DNA of 64,000 nucleotides from Nitrospirota bacterium (GTDB lineage Bacteria > Nitrospirota > UBA9217): positions 128,001-192,000 of the forward strand of contig CAVVUN010000001.1 in assembly GCA_963751455.1 (NCBI GenBank). The letters run 5' to 3'. Below, piece after piece: positions 58,150 to 64,000 of this stretch. Below the pieces are notes generated by a model that was not told the origin of the DNA, did not search any database, and saw nothing but the letters and a program-made list of their open reading frames with translations. A program made the translations under genes and the position numbers. The stretch's first letter is position 1; each line of letters begins with the position of its first letter.

Positions 58150-59667
58150 CCTTAACGTTGCATAAAAAATCGCTATGCGGCCCGTTGCAATCGGTCGAGA
58201 TAATGCAACAACCCCTTTTTGACTCGTGGATTGGCGTTCATTGTCAGAGTTAGCTTGCCGCCGGGCTGTGTCAGGCGGCCGGCACGCTGTATAAGTGTTC
58301 TTCGCAGGGTATTGGGCTCCGTGAACTCCCAAAGAGCGGCCCGTTTTTCGGTGGTGCCCCGGTCGGGTTCATGCGCGACCATGTGAAGTTCCTTCAGGAG
58401 ATTGTGCGAGATGATCGCCGACATCATGTATAGCTGATTTCCGTGCAATCTTCTCACAGCCACGTAATCCATATTGCACTGGGACTTTAGCTCTCCAAGG
58501 ATGTTTTCCTGAGAACCGCGGCCCTGATGGAAGTTCAGGACTTTCTTCACCGTCGTTGTTTTGTTTGTAACGATCACCTTGAAGTCAAACCCGTATTCGT
58601 GCGGCGTGAACATATCAAGCTGCACCGGCTCTTTTGACTGCTTTTTGGCTTTTTGACGAATAAAAAGAAAGCGGAACCGGCTGTCCCAGCTTTTCGGCTT
58701 CCAGGGTGTGTCGAAATAGGAAACAACGGAATCGTAACGCCTCCAGCGTTTTTTGGCTTCGATCATGTGTTTGAGTTCGGAGAACCGCTCAAAGGGGACC
58801 GAGATGGTGAACTCAATTCCGTCGCGCTCCAGCGCGCCGACGATTTCATCGCTGAAGAAAGCGCTGTCCATGCGCACTTCGATGACGATATCCGAACAGG
58901 TTGCACGCACCTGTTCGATGCACGCAAGGATGAACGCCCGGGCGCCGTTGGAATCATGTACGTTACCCGAACGGGGCAGGACGTCAAGGACCATGCCCAA
59001 CTGAGCGATCATGCAGAAAAGCGGATAATAGCTTCTCTGCCCTTTTTTCTTTTTGTTGAAGCCTACGGCGGCACCCTCAGCCCATCGGGAGGTCGAGAGC
59101 ACAGAGCCGTCGAAATCAAGCGTCACGCGACGAAGCTTCAAACCCTGTATGCGGGAGAGCGACATTTCCCGGCAGAACCGACGAAGATTCAAAATGTCCT
59201 TTGCGTCGACCGTCATCAATGCCCGGCTGATCGTGGAAACGTCCGGCATTTTTCGGAGGCCCAGAAGACGAAGCGCCATAAGGTCGTCCTGATAGTATTC
59301 GATGTCGCGGAGTTTCCGATAACCCAGCATCAGATGCACGATCAGCACGAGCGTAATGACGTGATTGCCGAAGATGGCGCTCGACGGTAGATGATCAAAG
59401 CAGCTTTTCAAGCGGGCTTTCAGATTCAGCTTCGTGAAGAATGCCTGAATGATAGCAAGGCCCGCGTAGGAAGTGAGCTGTTGATCCTCGAACTTCAGTT
59501 CCGGTATTTTGTGAACGCGGCTTAGAACCTGTGCTTTACTGGACTTCACTTTCAGTGGCCTCCTGCTTGAGTGAAATAATGATATCGCAGGAGCACTATA
59601 TCCAATAATGAAGCCTGTTTCCAGAGGTTTCTGCATATTTTCAAGAAATGTTTATGCAACTACAAGG
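58150..59667 (-). mobile_element. IS1380-family insertion sequence (~1518 bp)
   Basis: Termini CCTTAACGTTGCATAAA and CCTTGTAGTTGCATAAA (reverse complement of right end), 14/17 identical; no matching target duplication. Confidence 0.8.
58173..59549 (-). CDS. IS1380-family DDE transposase
   Basis: LTSYAGL, TLDFDGS, SYYPL, LPRSGNVH, VRMDSAFFS, RGSQENILGELK; GTG start after AGGAGG. Confidence 0.9.
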   Translation of the reverse strand: MKSSKAQVLSRVHKIPELKFEDQQLTSYAGLAIIQAFFTKLNLKARLKSCFDHLPSSAIFGNHVITLVLIVHLMLGYRKLRDIEYYQDDLMALRLLGLRKMPDVSTISRALMTVDAKDILNLRRFCREMSLSRIQGLKLRRVTLDFDGSVLSTSRWAEGAAVGFNKKKKGQRSYYPLFCMIAQLGMVLDVLPRSGNVHDSNGARAFILACIEQVRATCSDIVIEVRMDSAFFSDEIVGALERDGIEFTISVPFERFSELKHMIEAKKRWRRYDSVVSYFDTPWKPKSWDSRFRFLFIRQKAKKQSKEPVQLDMFTPHEYGFDFKVIVTNKTTTVKKVLNFHQGRGSQENILGELKSQCNMDYVAVRRLHGNQLYMMSAIISHNLLKELHMVAHEPDRGTTEKRAALWEFTEPNTLRRTLIQRAGRLTQPGGKLTLTMNANPRVKKGLLHYLDRLQRAA

Positions 59668-62050
59668 TTAATTCTCCGTAGGCGTTATAAATGAAAGTGG
59701 TTATCCCCGATTGCGGGTCCGTGATTATTTTCAGGTTACTCTTCGTGTCATACTCTAAAACGGACGCCATGTTTGCCGGGTCCGTCAGCCGGGTAAGATT
59801 GTCGTTGTTGTCATACGTCAAGAGGTGAATGTTTCCTAGAGGATCGGTTGTGCTGGTTATGTTACCCCGTGCGTCATATGTCAATGTCGTACTGTTACCA
59901 TTCGGATCCGTGATCCGGTTTATGTTGCCCTGTGCATCAAGCCCTCTGGACCATGTGTGACCTAACGGATCTATGATTTCCGTAATTTCTGCATACGGCT
60001 CCAGTTCATAGTAATACCATGTATTGCCGTTAGCGTCTTTTTTAATTACGTATTCACCCGGCGCTGAGTAGTCCGTCTTGTTTCCGAGAGGATCAATGAT
60101 CGAGCCCACCACGTAACCTATGTCCGCATCGTAATACACGTTGTTGATAGTCGTGGTCCCCTTTGTAGTTATGATGGAGCTCATGTAGCTGTACGTGTTG
60201 TAGGCGTATACCGCTTCATTTCCGGCCATATCCACGGAACGAATGAGGTTATTATTGGCGTCGTAATAGAAAAAAGCCTGTCTGTTTAAAGGGTCTGCTA
60301 TGGATGAAACCTTGCCGTTGGCCCCGTATGAAAAGGTTATTTGCCTTCCGGCCGCGCTTGTAACGGAGATAAGTCTGTTATTACCGTCATATTGAATCGT
60401 CACCAAATTGCTGTTAGCGTCCGTGATGCTACCAAGCCTTCCGGTTGCATCGAAATGCTGAGTAAGCTTCGTCTTTTTGATCTTCAGGCTGAAGGTCCCG
60501 TCCGGGTTTTTAATAAGGTTATCGTATACCCATCTCGGAGCAGTATAGATGCCGCCACCCGCAGGCGGAAAATTATCGACCTTGCCTGATCCCCGCTTTA
60601 TATCAACGTCGCCGCCTGGATTTTCAGTCAGCCTGGTCTCGTAGTTCGAAAACCAGCTTCTCCCGAAAATCCCCTCGCCCGGATCGTCCGCATTATACGT
60701 CCTTTTAACAAATACACCGGGCCCCCTGCCCCGAAGCACCACGTCTGTATCCAGTACGAGGTAATTTAAGTTAGAAAGGTTTACCTTCATACTGGGCATA
60801 CCGGGACTGCTGCATCCGCCGATGTCAGAGGGTTCGTCATATATGACAGGAGGATTGTCTTCGGCGTCTCCGGCATTGGTGCCGTGAAGATGATGACCTC
60901 CCCTTATCCCTTCCATCTGATTGATACTTAATTTATAAGATGAATAATTACTGTGCTCCTTATCAGGGAATACAAGGGCGGTCCCGCTCCATCTGTTCTT
61001 AAATTCTGCGGTCGTTAACGTTATATACCCTTTGTCCGGGTCGATGATGGAAACCTTTTCTTCCTGAAGATCTGTGACGGTAACAAAATGATTGATCTTC
61101 AAATGAGCGATCCACGGCGCTTTGATCAACTCCTTTGCTTCACCGAAACTTAATTTGGCGCCTATTGCTTCTACCCCGATTTCCCGTGAAGCTTTTTCCA
61201 AATCTTTCAAAGACAATATCAGGCCGTCTTTTGATAGCTTATTCTTTAGTGTCTTGCCTTTTATCTTCAAAACGTCCGCGAGCGCCTTTGAACCGCATGA
61301 TAAGGACGCTGTATTCTTAGCATGCTTGGCTGTGCGATTGATGATTTTAAGAAGGTACGTGGCCTCTTTGATAATGTTCCAGTCCTTGCTTTCGCGAAGC
61401 GCCTCTTTAAGCTCGCTGATTGAATTCTCGTAATCCCCGTTAAGAAAATGGAGCCTCGATAGTTTCAGTGCGGCTTGGTGGGCTACACGGGATTTGGGCG
61501 CAACTCTTTTTGCATTTACGAACGCCTTGACTGCCTCCTGGAAATCGCCCTCCTCATAGTATTCCCCCAATCTGAAATGGGATAATGCGGCTTCGGGCAG
61601 ATCGGGGAAACTCTCGGTTATTATCCTGTGTTTTGCGGCAACTTTATCCCATCTGCGGCCTTTCCAGTCTTCCTCCGCTTTATCGCTGATTTCCTTTATC
61701 GTCTTCGGTTCAATCGCGTTGAACGGGGAGCCGGCTTTTGCAGTATCCGGGGAAACAGATTCGATTACCGGAGCCGGGCTGAATATCGTAAATAAGAACG
61801 GGTCGGAAATTCCTCCGCCCGGCGAAGGATTTGTGACAGTCACCGGGACATCTCCGAGGGCGGCTAGCCAGTCTGTGGGAATCGCCGCCTGGATATTGTT
61901 ATTATCCTTGAAAAAGGTCTCTACGTCGCTCTTGTTGAACTGCGTCTGGCTCCCTCCCCTCTGTGTCAATATGACTGAGACACCTCCCCTATGGTAAATT
62001 AGAGTAGCGGGCGGGGGAGGAAATAACCTTATGATAGCAACAAAGATCAA
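59668..62050 (-). pseudogene. Truncated RHS/YD-repeat protein: IPT/TIG fragment, TPR, peptidase C39, GG motif, DUF6531-like domain, YD repeats
   Basis: C39 motifs SCG..AL, IAHL..NHFV.V, IIDP..G, F..RWSG.AL; VKRTYN...GIFGRSW; many YDxxGN/TDP.G repeats; the frame runs into the IS1380 end. Confidence 0.8.
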
Positions 62051-62131
62051 AGCAACCCAGGGAAACGAAGGAGCCCGTAGCGGCGTTCTCTTTTAATCCT
62101 CTGATACATTCCGTTATTTCTGCGGACATTC

Positions 62132-62880
62132 TTAACAACAAATATATGCCACTTCCGAATTCTTGCCCGGAACTGCTTTGACGAAAGCTTTCTCGACTTT
62201 CTCCCCGTTCCAGTACAGCCCCGCCTGAAGAGTGTATGTCGTCGTGGCCGTAATCACGTTTGAGTACGCAGTCGAGAGATTGACACTTGCCGATGCCGTA
62301 GAGGACGCGTCCGTACCGCTCAGCGTGGAGTTTGCCGAACTAGCGGTCCCGTATTGTGGAATGGCAGATATGGTCACCGTGGTGCCGACGGGGATATTAG
62401 AGGCCGATACGTCGATGATAATTTCGGCCTGCCTGAGACGATTGGTAAGCCGTTCATTCTCTTTGCGGAGCTTTTCGTTCTCTACATGGAGAGGATGGCG
62501 GACTGATTCCTTACGCCCCCGCTTCTTGGGCGCGAGGCCGGATAGTACGCCGCGGTCGCGCTGACCTTGCCAGGTTTTGAGATTCGATGCATAGAGCCCT
62601 TCTCGGCGCAGGAGCGTACCAAGGCACCCCGGCTCATCGCAAGGCTGGTTCGCAGGAACCAAGCTTATTCAGGATATTAAGGTCTGAATCATAAATAGAA
62701 ATTTCTCCGCTGCTTCCGCCGACAAATACCCATCCCTTTTCCTTGGCGGTGTCGATCCCGGCTACCTCGTATTCCATTTTCAACTGCTTTTCACACTGCT
62801 CTATAAGCACCATGTACCGCATCCTCGACGAAAACCAGGAGGTCAAGGAGCGCAGGAACCAGCTCACCCATCCCGTGTAT
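62132..62880. pseudogene. Mosaic debris: IS3-family OrfA fragment (-), surface-protein C-terminal fragment (-), IS3-family OrfB fragment (+)
   Basis: LLRREGLYASNL..W...L.PKKRGRK at ~62410-62645 (-) fused to SASNIPVGTTVTISAIP...; HCSISTMYRILDENQEVKERRNQLTHPVY at 62794-62880 (+). Confidence 0.65.
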
Positions 62881-62963
62881 CTGACAAAAGGGGCTTTCTT
62901 TGTCTCTTTTCAATAGCGGCTGCCCCATCTGCTTCGCCGTCCGGCTCTGTGAGCCAACATGCG

Positions 62964-64000
62964 TTACAACGCTTCATCAGCTCCGATGTCCCATAGAGCT
63001 TGGCGGGCCTGCGCGTCAGTGTCATCAGAAAACAGACCGGAACCCGGGTCGCTTACGCCATGGTCCTTCGCCCCGGCATCGCTCGCAGCAAGGTGATAAT
63101 CTCCACTTGCCTCATTCACAAACGTAAACGTTTGCGATATCCGATCATGGGTATTTCCCCCACCAGTCACCGTATACCCCATTGAGGCGTTATTAGTTGC
63201 GTTATAATCCGTACCGGCATCAAACGTCCCTCCCGCAGGCTGATTACACAGATACATAAGATTGTTCTTAGCGATGACACTGCCGCCATTCTGGTACATC
63301 CCCTGATAACAGTTTACTAAAGTGTTGTTGAAGTAATAGGGTGTACCGATACTGGTGTATACACCGCCTATGAAAGTGCCGGCCCCTGACCGGTTCCAGT
63401 CAAGGAACAGGTTGTTAAATATCCTAACAACCGTGTTGGTTTCGGGGCCATTCGAGACCCCGTCTGAGTATGTGACCGTCCCGCTCAGAACTCCCTTAAT
63501 GATGCTATGAGATATCCGTATATCCCCGGCGCCAACGACGTTGGCTGTGCTGATTCCGTTCGCATTCGTTCCGGAAGAGGCGGTGACCTGTATTTGCAGT
63601 CCTTCGATGCGTACGTAATTGGCGGCGATATTAATCGCCTGTCCGGTTGTTTCAATCCGGTACTTACTGGTGTCCCATTTCCCCTGGTGGCGCTCACTTG
63701 CCGGCGTATAAATCCGGATATAATGGTCAGCATCCGTTGTGAATCCCGTTAGATTCACCGCGGTAGTATCCTGCATTGCATAACACTCAATGTAAAGAAT
63801 CCGATTGAGGGCGACCAGGTCAGCGGATTCCGCAGTGAGGGCTGCATTGAGCGAAGTATAATTACCGCCCGATGGTTTGACCGTGACCGTCCGGATAGTT
63901 GGCTGCATGCCGGAGGCTATATATTCATCTGCTCCGATGTCCCATACAGTCTGGCGCGCCTGCCCGTCGATATCATCGGAGTAAAGACCGGAACCCGGAT
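62964..64000 (-). CDS. C-terminal part of a large secreted protein with tandem beta-helix modules ending in DIGADE (choice-of-anchor-Q-like); 5' end outside the window
   Basis: The frame is open from the window edge: ...PGSGLYSDDIDGQARQTVWDIGADEYIASG-MQPTIRTV...PGSGLFSDDTDAQARQALWDIGADEAL; NNTLVN/KNNL beta-helix motifs. Confidence 0.75.
   Translation of the reverse strand, partial: PGSGLYSDDIDGQARQTVWDIGADEYIASGMQPTIRTVTVKPSGGNYTSLNAALTAESADLVALNRILYIECYAMQDTTAVNLTGFTTDADHYIRIYTPASERHQGKWDTSKYRIETTGQAINIAANYVRIEGLQIQVTASSGTNANGISTANVVGAGDIRISHSIIKGVLSGTVTYSDGVSNGPETNTVVRIFNNLFLDWNRSGAGTFIGGVYTSIGTPYYFNNTLVNCYQGMYQNGGSVIAKNNLMYLCNQPAGGTFDAGTDYNATNNASMGYTVTGGGNTHDRISQTFTFVNEASGDYHLAASDAGAKDHGVSDPGSGLFSDDTDAQARQALWDIGADEAL

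Noticed and set aside
62880-62962. GC-rich intergenic stretch as a riboswitch or ncRNA
   Set aside because: I could not match conserved c-di-GMP or other riboswitch cores by eye; an Infernal/Rfam search would be needed.
1-64000. CRISPR array, rRNA or tRNA genes
   Set aside because: No repeat-spacer periodicity or recognisable structural RNA gene seen; the repeats found are SSRs, coding repeats, heptamer arrays or the 902-bp duplication.

Overview
Bacterial chromosomal window from a diderm (LPS-producing) organism. The combination of Raetz-pathway genes with ClpC, a YlxR-L7Ae fusion and DUF503 suggests Nitrospirota or a Desulfobacterota-like lineage (inference). Almost all genes are on the minus strand. 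The core (12-52.7 kb) is housekeeping: comF-gpmI-lapAB-rlmH-rsfS-nadD-proA-tlpA-proB; a lipid A/outer-membrane operon (bamA-skp-lpxD-fabZ-lpxA-lpxI-gnnA-gnnB-lpxB-msbA-DUF374-waaA-lpxK); hemW; clpC; and the rimP-nusA-ylxR/L7Ae-infB-DUF503-rbfA-nrnA-truB-rpsO-pnp operon. Several conserved genes carry clustered 1-bp indels, most likely long-read consensus errors. The left end has an ISH6-type IS inserted between the RBS and ATG of a lipoprotein gene whose upstream region holds an A9G9 plus (ATGT)14 microsatellite. It also has an orphan REC-AraC regulator and a seven-gene envelope cluster (FecR, CsgG/FlgT-like, DUF799, two LPP20-like, transglutaminase, TPR-SLH). The right end is accessory: two Gly/Thr-repeat secreted proteins, a DUF1847 pseudogene with an internal inversion, and a tandemly duplicated RAYT-type HUH transposase bounded by perfect inverted repeats and TA dinucleotides inside a zincin gene. 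It continues with an IS1380, a truncated RHS/YD protein carrying its own C39 peptidase followed by an in-cis double-glycine cleavage motif, and mosaic gene debris. No rRNA, tRNA or CRISPR array was recognised. Family assignments come from motif recognition by eye, not database searches.
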